Assembly (NCBI RefSeq): GCF_018350175.1
Contig: NC_058368.1
Coordinates: 3,224,001 to 3,288,000 of the forward strand
Origin: Felis catus
Taxonomy: Eukaryota
Direction of reading: 5' to 3'
Length of the DNA: 64,000 nt
The position numbers and the translations under genes are program-made. Below are positions 1-13,839 of this stretch, piece after piece (position 1 is the stretch's first letter; the number at the start of each line of letters is the position of its first letter). The notes beneath the pieces are model-generated. The model worked only from the letters and a program-made list of their open reading frames with translations, was not told the origin of the DNA and ran no database searches.

Positions 1-2918
1 GCTCACGAAAGGCCCTTTGTCTCACATGCCCTTGTCCGTCCTCAGAGGGCCCAGCACAGAGCCTTGGCCATAATGACCACGCAAACAATATTCGCTGAGG
101 AAGTTAGATGGAGCAGACGCGCTTCCTAATCTCCAGCGTCTCGCACCCCTTTGTGCGCTCGTGTCCCCAGGTCGAGGCAAGACATCGTGTCTCGCGATTA
201 TCCACAACAATTTTCTCCACAATACAAACTGTCAAGGTCAATTATGCGTCACTTAGGTGTTTTCATCTTAGCACAGAAATGTTCTTTTTCTTGCCCTCCT
301 GGAAGAATTTCACAAGAATTGCAGAGGCTGACTAAACGATTGCAGAATTTCTGCATTTCTGCCAAATTGCGTTGAAGAATAACAACAAAAATAAATAGCA
401 TTCGTCCTAAAGTCATGTAGGAGCAGGTTCAGGCAGAGAACAAAGCGTGACATGTGGGAATTGGCCAACGCACGTGGTTCTCACAACACTGGCTCTATTG
501 TCAGCAATGATAAAACCTGAGAAAAGGCCTTGGCAAGTCTGCGGTACATTTATTTGTTTTTGAGCTTTGATAATGGGTTGGCTGTGATGTGATCTTTATT
601 ACACCGTGCAATGTAAAATGCAGCTTGTTTTCAAAAGCCATTGCCAATGACTGGCAGATATTTATTTCAATGACAGCCAGTGATCTGAACGTCTCAGGTC
701 ATTCTGTACTTGCTCACTTTTCCACGAATAACTTCCCATGTAAGGAGACGTGTTTGGACCTACTTGAACTCATTATATAACCCCAGGTTAGCGAGGGATG
801 TTTTGGAAGGCTAGGGAAGACCTGTTGTGTCTCTGAGACAATTAACTGTTTCCGTTCTTGATTTAGCTCTTACTGCATGTGACGGCCAAGGCACTTCATT
901 TAGAAATATCCAGCAGACCAGCATTCACAAATTTGTCACTAGGCATTTTGGCCTAAGGCCAACCGGTTACAAGGGATTCTTCGCTGGTAGGGGGGTTTAT
1001 GTATTATTCTGTTTGTAGAATGAGAAAGACATCCAGTTTTGTAAAAACATACAGGGCTCACCATATCAAAGCCAGAGAGCTCATTGCTTATGTACCATTT
1101 CCTCATGGAATTTCCCCCCGGAGAGTCCGAGAAGTTACATTTTTGAGGCATTTTAATAGAAAGCCTCCTGGGAAAACCAAGAATGATGGTTTCATCTTCA
1201 ATTTCATGGGCTTCCATTTAATTAGATCACATTAATCTTTTAACGTTTAGTTTATAGTATCGCACTGAGGGTTTACAAATTGATAGGGAAGAGAGGAAAG
1301 GCCGTCAGCGGGAGAATAATGCATCCTCTCGGAGGAGCGAAGAGGTGGGGAATAGGAGCCTGAGCAAGGCGTGGTCCGCTGACATGGAAAGAGTGGAAAG
1401 AGGGCTGAGTCATTTGTCCTGTTCATACGTCTTCAGACAACAGGACTTTCTATTCCGGTGAGCCAAGGCTGGTAGCCATGTTTTCTTGGGCTGGCAAGAA
1501 TTAAAAAACGCTTTGAGTTGGAATGCGTTTAGGGCGAACATGCAGTGCCCAGCACCCACTGGCTTTGGTTCCTCCGTAGTGTAGTGCCTAGGCCCTGAAG
1601 GCCCCTGAGTTGGGGAACTCAGATTTCCCACTCGATCCGTGTGTAGAGCGTGGCCACTAGACGTGGTGCTGGAGTTTCAGATAGGGTGTGAATACCCTAT
1701 GAAAAGTTTTGAAAATTAAGGTGACTCTAGAAAAAGTATATTGGTGTCCAAGAATTCATTCTGAAGTTCTGCAGGTCAGTGAAGGGATTAGCAAGTCCAC
1801 AGTTGTGTTCACCTCCAAGGTTATGGTTCTTGGTCACAGACCTTTGACTGTTAAACCAGATTTCTTATGTTTCTTTGCACCCTTCGCCCTACGTCCTTTC
1901 TGTCCACTTTTTATCAAACCAGGTTTTCCCTTTGCCATTTCTCTTTCTTGTCGCAAATATTTACTATAATAGACATATATACTTTAAAATATAAGCAGAA
2001 TTTCAAATATATGCTTTTTAAAAAATTTCCCAAGATTTAGTGGGTACTCAGCAACTGGAAATACCCATTTCCCTGAAATCCCGGATTTTACGTTTATACG
2101 CACCGCACCCACATTCACAAGCTACTGGTTCATCTTTTCAATTCTCTGCCACCTAGTTCCAGAGCTCAATAGGCAAGTCATATTTTTGAGTGAAAATGAA
2201 TACACAAAGCCCTCTCAGTACTTAAAATCCCACTTTTAGGGTTTCATTTCTTCTAGTTCATGGCTTTGATTTATTTTTAAGACAGAAAACTCCCCTAAAA
2301 GTGATAATATTTGTCCTCGTACAGTTTTCCTAGAACTTCTTAGAGATGAGTTGAGTTTGGAGGGCATTAGACATTTGAACAAGAGAAGTGAAGGGACACT
2401 GTTTTGAGGGGTAAGCAGAAAGGGCAGGAAAGAGAAGAATAAAGAAAGCCGATCTCACAATTCCAAAAAATGTCTATTTCATCTGAGGGGGACCTTGATA
2501 CAGCTCCACCTCACCAGAAACACTCCATTTATTTTGAATGAATAAACGGACAAGGCACATATAATAAATCAGAATTGATCTCCTCTCTGGAGTCATCACG
2601 GCCCACTTACGTAATCACAGAATGAGGGAAGTCTCACGCACGGCCAGGCCACAAAGTAATAACAAAAAAAAAAAATGCTACTTTGCTTCATCTGCTGGTT
2701 TGGAGAGAAAACAGGATCCAGCTACACGCTGTGAAGACAGGCTTGTCTGATCTACCTTGCTTCAGAGCCACTCCCAGCTTGAGAGTGTGTGTGTGCCCTT
2801 TGAAAAAGATTGCTTCTTCTTTGCTTTACTCTCTATAGCATGCTGATCTATGTTTCTGCAAGGGATAGAGAATTGAGCTTTTATTTCATTAGACAATGAA
2901 ATCCATTGGTTTCTTTCA

Positions 2919-2920
2919 GA

Positions 2921-2959
<39 letters not shown>

Positions 2960-3100
2960 TTATCTATCTATATCTATCTATCTATATCTATCTATCTATA
3001 TCTATCTATATCTGTCTAAATAGATAGATATAGATATAGATATAGATATAGATATAGATATAGATATAGACATAGATACAGATATAGATATAGATATATA
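2919..3100. repeat. Compound microsatellite: (TCTA)n/(TATATC)n followed by (TAGATA)n
   Basis: Read directly; abuts the tail of a minus-strand SINE fragment. Confidence 0.95.
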
Positions 3101-3202
3101 ATTATTTGAGAGATGCAGGGCTCAATCCCACAAACCTGGGATCATGACCTGAGCTGAAATCAAGAGTTGGATGCTCGATCGATTGAGCCACCCAGGCACC
3201 CC
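3101..3202 (-). mobile_element. Can-SINE, internally deleted
   Basis: GATCATGACCTGAGCTGAAATCAAGAGTTGGATGCTC...GAGCCACCCAGGCACCCC is the reverse complement of the Can-SINE tRNA-derived head. Confidence 0.9.
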
Positions 3203-3239
3203 TCAGCTATTTTCTAATATTGAGGTTTCATAAAACAAC

Positions 3240-4278
3240 AGCTTTATTTAGATATAATTTGCATAACATGTGATTCACCCACTTACTCGTTCGATGTTTT
3301 TAATATATTCACAGAGCCCTACAATCATCAGCATGGTCAATTTTAGAACATTCTTAGCATGGAGAAAAGAAATCCCAATCCCTGAGCACTTAGTCATTCC
3401 TCCTCCTCCCCAAATCATCTAGCCCCAGGAAACCAGTAATTTACTTTTGTCTCCATTGATTTGGCTATGATTTCATATAAATTATATAATTCATGTAATT
3501 ATATAAATTACATAATTCCATATAAATGGAACCACAACTATATGCCTTTGTTCGTGACTGGCTCCTTTCATTTAGCATAATGTTTACAAAGTATCCGTGT
3601 GTAGCCTGTACTTCTTCTCTTTTTAGTGGGAAAATACCGCTCCCTTGTATGGACATACCACTTCTTTTTTTCCATTCATCAGTAATGAACAGTTGGGTGG
3701 TTTCTACTTTTTGACTATTATCAATACAGCTGTTGTAAACATCCATGTAAATTTTTTTGTGTGGATTTATGTTCTATTTCTCTTGGGTGTACACCTAAGG
3801 GTGGAATTGATGGGTCATATGTTAACATTGATGTTAAAATTGATGGGTCAAATGTGTTACACTCGAGGAATGTTTTCTAAAGTGACTGTACCATTTTGCA
3901 TTCTTACCAGCAGTGTGTGAGTGCTGTAATTTCTCACATCTTCACCAACACTTTTTATCCTGTTTAGTGGTATCTTCTGTATTTCTGAGTTGAAAATCCC
4001 TGGGGTTGAGACTCATTCCCTTTGCCTATTGACCACTTGTATATCTTCTTTGAAAAGATGTTTATTCAGATCCTTTGCCCACTTTTAAATTGGATGATCT
4101 GGTGTTTTTTGTTATTGAGCTGTGAGAATTGTTTTTGTATTCAAAATATAATCTCTTATCATATGTATGATTTGCAAATATTATCTTCCATTCTTGGGAA
4201 TGTGTTGGCCTTTCTCTTTCTTGATGATATTCCTTGTAACATAGTTTTAAATTGTTTGAAGACTAATATATTTTGTTT

Positions 4279-4347
<69 letters not shown>

Positions 4348-4646
4348 TTTCCCCTGCTTGTTTGTTTGTGTTTTTGGTGTCATACCTAAGAAACTATCAC
4401 CTAAGTTAAGGTCACAAAAACTTATTCCTATATTTTTTCTAAGATTTTTATAGTTTTAGGTCTTATATTCAGGTCTTTACTTCATTTTTGAAATTTTATA
4501 TATGTTGTGAGACAGGGGTCCAACTTTTTTCTTTTGCATGTGGATATCCAGTTTCCCAGCACCATTTGTTGTACTATTGTTCACTATTACTGTCTCAGCA
4601 ATCTTCTCAAAAATAAATAGACCATAAGTGTGAAAATTTATTTCTG
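3240..4646 (-). mobile_element. Old L1 (L1MB-like) 3' UTR and ORF2 3' end
   Basis: Typical antisense L1 motifs (TTCCATTCATCAGTAATGAACAGTTGGGTGGTTTCTAC; TTTTGCATGTGGATATCCAGTTTCCCAGCACCATTTGTTG); contains (TTTC)n at about 4277-4350. Confidence 0.85.
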
Positions 4647-4704
4647 TTTCATATATTTAGGAGCTCTGTTAGGTCCATATAATTTTTATATATTCTTGAT
4701 AGAA

Positions 4705-4744
<40 letters not shown>

Positions 4745-7532
4745 TTGATAGAAGATATATATATATATCTTGATATATATATGATATAAAATTTATATAA
4801 AGTTATATTATATAATGATATATATCATTAGATAATTTATCATGATATATATCATTATACAATTATATAATATCCTTCATTATCTCTTACAACAATTTTT
4901 GTTTTAATTTGATTAAATTTCATCTTTTTCAATATTAACAGAATCACTCCAGCTCTTTTTTGGTTACTGTTTGTACAAAACATTTCTTTCCATCTTTAAA
5001 TAAATTTTTTAATGTTTATTTATCATTGAGATTGAGAACATGGGCAGGGAAGGAGCAGAGAGACAGGGATACACAGATTCTGAAGCAGGCTCCTGGCTCC
5101 AAGCTGTCAGCACAGAGCCTGACACGGGGCTCCAACCTGTGAACTTTGAGATCATGACCTAAGCTGAAGTCAGACACTTAACCCACTGAGCCAACCAGGT
5201 GCCTCCATCTTTTTTAAAAAGTATTTGTTTATTTTTGAGAGAGAGCGGGGAAGGGCAGAGAGACAGGGAGACAGATGATCCCCAGCAGGCTCTGTGCTGG
5301 GAGCAGGGCTCGAATTCACAACCCATGAGATTATGAGCTGAAGTTGGACACTGAACCAACTGAACCACCCAGGAACCCCAGTATTTCCTTCTTTTTACAT
5401 CAACTTAATTGCGTCTTTAAACCTAAAGTGAGTTTCTTGTAGACAGCATATAGATTGGTCATTTTAAAAGTTCATTCTAATAATCTCTGCCCTTTAATTA
5501 AAGAGCTTAATCCATTTACATTTAATGTAATTACTAATATGAGATTAATAACTACTGTCATTTTGCTCTGTGTTTTCCCTATGTGCTCTATATTTTCTGT
5601 TCCTCAACATCTCCATTACTGGCTGCTGTTATGTTAATTAGATATTTTCTTGTATGCCATTTTGAGGTGTGTTTTTTTTCTGTCATTTTTTTTACTAGTT
5701 ATTTTCTTAGTAGTAACATCTTTATTATATTAATCTAGTTGAAATTAATACCAACTTGGCTTCAATAGTAAACTAAAACTTTACTCTTATATAGCTCTAT
5801 TCCTTAGTTATGATACTGTTGTCACAAATTAAATCTGTATTCATTGTCAGCCCATCAACTTAGATTTATAATTATTGGTTTATACAACTGTCCTTTTAAA
5901 TCAAATAGTGAAAAAGATAAGTTATAAACCAAAATACATTAATCCTAAGTTTTATATTGTCTATGTAGTTACCTTTGCTGGTATTCTATTTCTTTATGTG
6001 GATTAGAGTTACTGTCTAGTGTCCTTTCATTTCCACAGAAATAAATTTCTTTAGAATTTCTTCTATGGTGGATCTACTAGCAATAAATGCTCAGTTTTTG
6101 TTTATCTGGGGATGTCTTAATTTCTCCTTCATTTTTGAAGGATATTTTTTTCTGATAGATAGATATAAAATTCTTGGTTGACAATTTTTCTATTTTAGCA
6201 CTTTGTATATTTCATTCTATTGCCTTCTGGCTTCCATGGTTTCTGATGAGAAGCTATTAATATTATTTAGGATTCTGTGTGCATGATGAATTAATAATTC
6301 TTGCTGCTCTCAGGAGTCTCTCTTTGTTATTGGAATCCTATAAGTTGATTATAATGTGTCATGTTAAACTACTTTGAGTTTGTTGAATTTCTTGGATGTG
6401 TAGATTTATATATTTTGCAAGTATTCAGCTGTGATTTCATCGAATATTAGTTGATAACAAATATTGCTGTTTCCCTTTCTTTTGTCTTCTGGAATTCCTA
6501 ATGTGTAAATATGTAATATGTATATGCTTAACAATTCTATAGGTCTTTGAGGCGGTGCTAGCTTATCCTTCATGATTTTTTTCTTTTCTTTCCTTTCCTT
6601 AGACTGGATAATCTCAATTGACCCATCAAGTTTTCTGTTTTTTTCTTCTCCCTGTGCAAACTTGCTACTAAGCCTGTCCAGTGTAATTTTCACTTCAGTT
6701 GTCATAATTTTCAATGTCAATATTTTTTGTTTCCTTTTCACAATATATTTTTGTTTATTGATGCTTTTTCTGTCTGGTGAGATTTTATCCTCATGATTTC
6801 CTTAATTCTTGTTTATGGTCTTCTTCAGCTCTTTAAGAATCTTTAAACCAGTTTATATACAGTTTGTCTAATTCTCATGGATCGTTTGTATTAATTTCCT
6901 TTTTTTTAAATCTTGTGTATGGGCCATACTTTCTTGTTTGTTTGCAGGCTTTAAAATTATTCATTGAAAAATGGAACTTTGAATTTTATAATGTGGCATT
7001 CTGAAAATTAGATTCTTTCCTATCTTTGTCTGTGAAGCTTTTTTGGTTCGTTTACTATTTTACCCAACCTTTATCCCTTTCTCAGGTGTCACAAAGTCAT
7101 GCATTTGCCTTTAAATGTTTAAACGTTCCCTTGGTAGCCACTTCAGTCCGTGTAGAGTTCCAAGTTGGGTGAAATGAAGACAGGTTCTTTGCATTGGCTT
7201 CTCAGGGAGCCACAAAATAGATAGCAACAAAAAGTCTATCCCACAGTTCTCTGAAAATAAGGTTTTTTCTGCTTCCTTTCTTAACACGCCCTGTACTGGG
7301 GATGTGGCCTGCTGTTTTCAAGGCTGCTGCCAAGCTGAGGTGTGGGGGATCGGGCCAGGGTAGCCTAACACACTGCAAAACTCTCTTATAAGATTCAGCT
7401 GTTTTTCTCGATTAAGCCATTCCTTGGTGGTTATAAGCTTTTGACTAATCTCTAACGGTTTGTCCATTTATTTGCTGCTTTTGTGGACTGAACTTGAAGT
7501 TCACTACTTCACAATTTACACCGATCTCACTC
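4647..7532 (-). mobile_element. L1 (L1M4-like) 5' half: 5'UTR, ORF1 and start of ORF2, nested in another L1
   Basis: ORF 6406-6741(-) (TTEVKITLDRLSSKFAQGEEKNRKLDGSIEIIQSKERKEKK) resembles the L1 ORF1p coiled coil; antisense ORF2-start motifs at 4650-5530; interrupted by (TA)n and two SINEs. Confidence 0.85.
5001..5379 (-). mobile_element. Two adjacent Can-SINEs (about 5001-5205 and 5220-5379)
   Basis: Two SINE bodies ending in GGTGCCTCC and GGAACCCC; CCATCTTT flanks the first on both sides. Confidence 0.9.
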
Positions 7533-8030
7533 AAGTTCATTTCTGGACTCTGAATTCTATACCATTGATTTGAATGTCTACCCTTATGTCAGTCCTGACT
7601 ACTGTCTTGATTACTGTAGCTTTCTAATAAGTTTGAAACTAGAAAATGTGAGTTCTACAGAAGAACTTCGTTCTTTATCAAGCTTGGTTTAGCTATTCCT
7701 TTCAATTTCCATGTGAATTTTGCTATAAACTTTTCCAAGTCTTCGAAGAAGACAGTTTGGATTTTGATAAAAAATTGTGTTGAGTCTGTAGATCGCTTTA
7801 GGTAGTATTGCCATCATAACAATATTGAATTTTCTGATCCATTAACATGAGATGTCTTTCCACTTATTTAGATCCACTTTAATTTCTTGCAACTAAGTTT
7901 TGAAGTTTGCAGAGTGTAAGTTTTCCACTGTTTTGTTAAATGTATTCCTAAGTCTTTTATTTTCTATACAATCACAAACTCGTATTGGTAATTTTGGTTT
8001 AGGATTGTTCGTTGCAAAGGTATACAAATT
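7533..8030 (-). mobile_element. Continuation of the host L1 ORF2
   Basis: Resumes (ATTTCTGGACTCTGAATTCTATACCATTGAT...ACTGTCTTGATTACTGTAGCTTT) where the 3240-4646 piece stops. Confidence 0.8.
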
Positions 8031-8069
8031 CATTTCATTATTCTATGAGAGAAGTTTGCAAAAATACAA

Positions 8070-8900
8070 ATGTGACCATGCCATTCTCTGCTTAAAACTT
8101 CTCATTGCTCTTAGATTAACAAGAATCCTTAATATCATATAGAAATGCCTTAATGTTCTGAATTTTGCTCACTTCTTTGCTTATTTGACCTACTCTTTCC
8201 CTCACTCTCTGAGCTATGCTGGCGTGTTTTCAATCCTCCTAATCCAACATGATCCTTTCCAACATAAGGTCTTTGCACATGCTATTTCCTCTACCTGAAA
8301 AGTTCTCTCCTTCTCATGTCACAAAACAAGCCCAAAAAGCTCTTTATCTAGTTAATGCCTATTACATGTTCTGATCTTGGCTCAAATAGCTCCTCTTCAG
8401 GAAAGCCTTGTGGATAATCAATCTAAGTTAGCTTCCTCTGCCATGTGCCTATGGAACACACCTTTCCTTTTCTTTACAGCCCTGATGATACTTTTTAAGT
8501 GTACATTCATTAATTAGAGTGATTATTCGATTAAGAATGTATACATTATTCAGTACATTGTAAGCTTTTTAAAAAGATTTTTTTAATGTTTTTATTTATT
8601 TTTGAGACAGAGAGAGACAGAGCTTGAGCAGGGGCAGAGAGAAAGGGAGACACAGAATCCAAAGCAGGCTCCAGGCTCTGAGCTGTCAGCACAGCACAGA
8701 GCCTGATGTGGGGCTCAAACTCATGGGCTGTGGGATCATGACCTGAGCTGAAGTCGGACGCTTAACCGACTGAGCCACCCAGGCGCCCCAGTACATTGTA
8801 AGCTTTTTAAGAGGAAGGCCTGCCTTATATTTTCTGATTGTTGTTTTCTCTGTCTAATGCAGTATGTACCAAGTACTCAAATTTTTGCTTATTGAAGCAA
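8070..8900 (+). mobile_element. L2 3' end remnant, interrupted by a SINE
   Basis: L2 motifs CTCTGCTTAAAACTT, TCTTTGCACATGCTATTTCCTCTACCTGAAA, CTCAAATAGCTCCTCTTCAGGAAAGCCTT. Confidence 0.75.
8573..8788 (-). mobile_element. Can-SINE (SINEC_Fc-type) with long TSD
   Basis: Full SINE; CAGTACATTGTAAGCTTTTTAA occurs on both sides (8551 and 8789). Confidence 0.97.
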
Positions 8901-10178
8901 GTAACGAGAGAATGATCTGTCAAGAAGGTTTATGGATTATCTCATTCAATCATTCATCATTTTCGGTAGGCAATATCCAAAGTTCGAGTTGGGAAAACAT
9001 GAGGTTTAGAAAAATTAAATACCTTGTCCAAATTAAAACAACCACTCACGGAGAGTGAGGATGCAAAGCCAGATCTTTCTTACGACAAACCTATTCTTTC
9101 AACTGAACTGTCACATTACTTCATCGTATTCAGAGTGAATCTGTGCTCTATTTAAGGAAAGCTCTTAGTGGAAATATCTAACTAGCATAGCAAAGAGGAG
9201 ATGACTTTGTGATTCATGAGGAAATGCATGATGAGCTATGAAGGGGCTGCGATCCGGGTGATAGCAGGGTTTAGAGCGGAGGGTAAGGCTATGAACCATT
9301 TTCCAAAGTTGTTAATGAAGGAAAGAAATGGCTCAAAGGTTGGTGGATGCCATTCATGAGAGGGGGGAAAGACATATTAGATTCAAATGGTACAGATCCC
9401 TGAATAAAGTGGTTTGGGAAGTGAGTGAGGGCGGATCTGAGTGAGGTGCTAAGATGTAAAGAGCATAATAGGAACTGACTGAACTGTACTGAATAACGTA
9501 TACATTCTTAAGCTATCCACAAGACTTTCCTCAATGATGAATTTTGTCCTAATGGTCTATTTGAGGTCCCTGGATGCAGAACAGTGGGCAGAGGACTTGG
9601 CTCACTTGCCCTGGGGATGATGAGAGTCCTGAACTTTCTTGTCCTGGGATGGTACAACTTCAGTACCTTCAATATTATAACACAGCTTGGGTGGGTACCC
9701 ACTGGGGACACAGGCACACAACTCGTGACAAAGGATGACAACTGGGGTGGCCTCAATCCTACAAGCATTTCAAGTGTATTTAAATCCAAACTATGCCGAG
9801 CTAATGCACAGAATTTCTAAAAAATTTATTTTTCGTATTACTAGAAGGTGCATTCTCTTAAGAAACTTGAGGATATTGAGATTAGCGTTAAGTTGATTTT
9901 TGTGACTACCAGTATGGGAAAATGGGGGACTGCAGAAAACAGAATGGCATCTCCAAGACAAATGGCCAGTTACAGATGCGTTTGTTAAGCCAGGAGGAAG
10001 GGCCCGGGAGAGAGGAATTCAGGAAGGCAGAAGTGTGGTGACAGGGAAAGCTGAGACATGGTGCAGCCAACTGAGAGGAAATCGAAGAGCGGAGGGTTCA
10101 GTAGAACTGATTCAAATTTTGTGAAAAAAGTTGATGATGACTGACAAACTCTCTTTCGTTTGTACATTACAATCCTCT

Positions 10179-10369
10179 TTTTTTTCATCTTTATTTGTTT
10201 TTGAGAGAGTGAGACAGAGCATGAGCAGGGGAGGAACAGAGAGAGGGAGACACAATCTGAAGGAGGCTCCAGGCTCTGAGCCCGACACGAGGCTCAAACT
10301 CACGAACTGCGAGATCATGACCTGAGCTGAAGTCGGATGCTCAACCGACTGAGCCCCCCAGGCGCCCCT
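10179..10369 (-). mobile_element. Can-SINE with TSD
   Basis: TACAATCCTCTTTTT on both sides; short internal deletion at a GAGC microhomology. Confidence 0.95.
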
Positions 10370-10540
10370 ACAATCCTCTTTTAGTGAAGGGATATACTTT
10401 TCCACTATTTCATGTTTCAAAATATGACTTACAATCCAATGCAACAATTTTTTTTTTGCGATTTTTATCCTTCACATGTAATTAAACAATTTAGCATAAT
10501 CCTTGACATGAAACTTTCCAGTTTATCCTACTTTCAAAAT

Positions 10541-10977
10541 TATTTTTTAATGTTTTATTTTTGAGAGACAGACAAAGTGTGAACGGGGGAGGGCAGAGAG
10601 AGAGGGATACACAGAATCTGAAGCAGGCTTCAGGCTCTGAGCTGTAAGCACAGAGCCTGACACAAGGCTCAAACTCATGAACCGTGAGATCATGACCTCA
10701 GCCAAAGTCAGACTCTTAATCAACTGAGCCACCCAGGTGGCCCTATCTTACTTTCTTTTTTTTTTTTTAATTTTTTTTAATGTTTGTTTATTTCTGAGAC
10801 AGAGACAGAGCATGAGTGGAGGAGGGGCAGAGAGAGAGGGAGACACAGAATCCGAAGCAGGCTCCAGGCTCTGAGGTGTCAGCACAGAGCCTGACGCGGG
10901 GCTTGAACTCACAAACTGTGAGATCATGACCTGAGCCGAAGTCGGTCGCTCAACTGACTGAGCCACCCAGGCGCCCC
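10541..10977 (-). mobile_element. Two tandem Can-SINEs (about 10541-10743 and 10755-10977)
   Basis: Two complete antisense SINE bodies with T-rich tails. Confidence 0.95.
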
Positions 10978-12499
10978 AACTTTCTAATTAAAATAAGAAA
11001 AATCTTCCTCTATCCTGCCCCCCACCAATTCTAGTGGAGCATTTTAATTATAGACATCTACTCTGTATTCTACCAGAAGATTAAAGGCAATGGGGTGTTG
11101 TTTGGGAAACATATCATATTTTGCAGTTAACCTTATGATATTTAAATTTTAATATTTTAAAGATTTTATTTGGTCAGTGTGTGTGTCGTGTGTTGCTGGT
11201 CATTTCTGTTTCTCTCTCCTTTCAAAGAATAAAGAAAGGTAACAATAGTCTTAAGACATTGGGGGTAAAATACAATTCACTTCCATTCAACCCCTGTGGC
11301 CCATAATATACCACAAGGGTCATAGCGTGAAAAAAAATAAACCCCACTTCCCACTCTCCAATAATTTGCAGATAAATTCTCCTTTTACTAGGTAAACTTG
11401 AAGAATGTTTAGCTTAGGTTTATGATCGGCAGAACGGGTTCTAGAATAGTTTAAAATTGAGATCATGTCTACAAATCCAAAACGCCAAATACTGCTGTCA
11501 GGGATGCAGTGGTAAAAGCAAAGAAAAAAATGTTCCGAGGTTCCCTTTACTGATCACGGCAACCAACTATAAATTCCCTGGTCCCTTTCTTGCCTTTTCA
11601 CTTCCCTCCAACATACCGCGTTTTAATCCTGTAAGAACTTGTTCCATTTAAGCCCTAATTCTAGGCATAGTCCTTTGTCATTTTCAAATCTCATGATGTG
11701 ATGAATACTACACCATTGTACGGATCCTCATTAAAGGATAATTACTCTTGAATTGTACAGGAAATGATTATAAATATATTTGAATACGACTAGAGTGAAG
11801 TTTGAGGTAGGAAGCTTTAACTTTATACTTCATTCAAATAGCTTTTACACACACACAGCAAGTATTTTGGAGCTGCGGAAGAAGCAATCTTGGAGGGAAG
11901 TGCCAATTTAGCTAATTTTTGCTAACATGAAAAGATTAGACTGGAAATTTAATGTTTAGGACATCATCAAAAACCGTGAGAGTTAATTTTTTTCAACCAA
12001 ACTGTTGCAAAGTGAAAGTATGCTTTCCAATTTAAACAGTAATTAATGACAGCCTACTTTCTTATTTATGCATTAGACCACGCCAAATAGAAAATTAGGG
12101 GGGAAATAAAGAGCATCCATGCAAACTGTTTGAAATGGCAGAGTAATGGATTTCTTGTTCCTTTTCCTTCAAGATTTTATTATCAATTTCCATTATCTCT
12201 CATTGACTCGTTCAGACTCAGACTCCAAGCTTAACGATCTAAATTTATTGACCGTTCGTCCTGGTCCAATGTTGCAAGACTTCTGGACACAAGAATGTGG
12301 CTACCAGATGTTAGAACTGAAGACTTAATTGATCCTTAATAATAACCACAGTGTATGTGAGCACCCTTGATAGATGGGCCTCAGTCCTTCCTTCATATTT
12401 GATCAAGAGCTACTATGCCCGACCCATAGGTGAGATTAACCTGTAATCTGTCCCAGTGCATCGCTTCATCCACCCAGGTGTAAGCAATCTACAAATTCA

Positions 12500-13830
12500 G
12501 ATTTATTAATGATCTCTGGAATTGTATTATCTTCTCCTCCTGCTCTGGCCTTGTTCTCCACACGGAGGCTAGAGTGAGCCACTGGAAACATTTGCAGGTA
12601 CCATATGCCCTCTGGTCTTTCTCTGCGGGACTCCCTTTGCCCCACAATGTCCTATTGCGTTGTTTTTCCCACACTGCCCTTAATTCCTCCCATCTCCTGT
12701 CTCCACTTCTCCCCATTTCCCAACTTTCACCTGTGCTCTCGCAGAGCCCATTTCATGATAAATTCCTACCCTGTGCCACCAAACTTTCACAGAATTTTCA
12801 CGCCATCCCTTGAAGAAATCCGTGCTCTCCCCCGAGACTTTCTTTTATGCTGCCCTATGAAGTGAACGTTTCCTGATCTACTCAAAGGCCAGGAGAGGGA
12901 CTGGTATTCCCCGAGCTCCTCAAGGTCACTTTTGAAAGAAACGTTCTTGTGTTTTCATGCAATATTGCATTGTCTCTAAATCAATACTACCCAACTTTTC
13001 CAGTCGGTCATCCTTCTTATTGTCATGACACTATCTACATTTAGTCATCCTGCTACAATTACTGAAGACACTAGCACCACAGAAGTCTTCTATAGCCCAT
13101 GTTGTACCATCAAACTGGCTCATTCCAGTATTTCTGTGGCCAAAGTAGCCAACAGGTCAGCATCCATGTTCTCGGGCATTGTCGGGACTACTGACCTTCA
13201 CCTTTGCCTTGTTTCAACCCCCTAAACGTTTTGACCCTTTGTCCCAAAACTTAAACTCTTCTGTGACCGTTTCTTATCCTTTTGTCTCATATCCTAGTGT
13301 TCACTGTATTTGCTCATTGTCCTATGGAGGCCTCCAGTGTCTTTATTTTTCGATTATCCCTACTCTATCAATGTATTATTATATAGTTCGACTTGTTCAT
13401 TCCCTTCTGTCTTGATTCAGCTTAGTGGATAATTGCATGATCCCTCATCCAACTCTCTGCATTCTTGTCCTTTCATTGCATACCACCCAGGAACATTAAT
13501 CCAGGCAACAGGGGCCTTCTGATGTGAACTATGGCCCACCTCTCTTTTCCCCTGTAGAGGTCATTACAGCTGTGTCTGTTATTGTCTCATTTATCCCTTG
13601 TCATCGCAAGCCTGATATTTCCTCCTGTATTGGTGACCCCATTCTTTGGTGTTTCCTCAGGGTCTTATCCCACCGGTCCAGCAACTTTTCTATTATAGTG
13701 TTGATCTTTCCTCTTCCCCTGACTCTTCTTTCTCTATTCTTATTGTCAATAAATGGTGCCACGATTTTCGGTTACTCAAGTTAGAAATCAGGAGCCATTC
13801 TGCATGTTTTTATCTTTTATGCCCATAGCT
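12500..13830 (+). mobile_element. Highly decayed L2-like remnant
   Basis: Pyrimidine-rich decayed sequence with L2-like phrases (CTCAAGTTAGAAATCAGGAGCCATTC); weak recognition only. Confidence 0.45.
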
Positions 13831-13839
13831 ACTTCACGA

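Noticed and set aside
10112..10966. Recurrent ORFs of the type MAQSVERPTSAQVMISQFVSSSP...
   Set aside because: These are translations of Can-SINE bodies. The SINE heads are tRNA-derived but are not tRNA genes.
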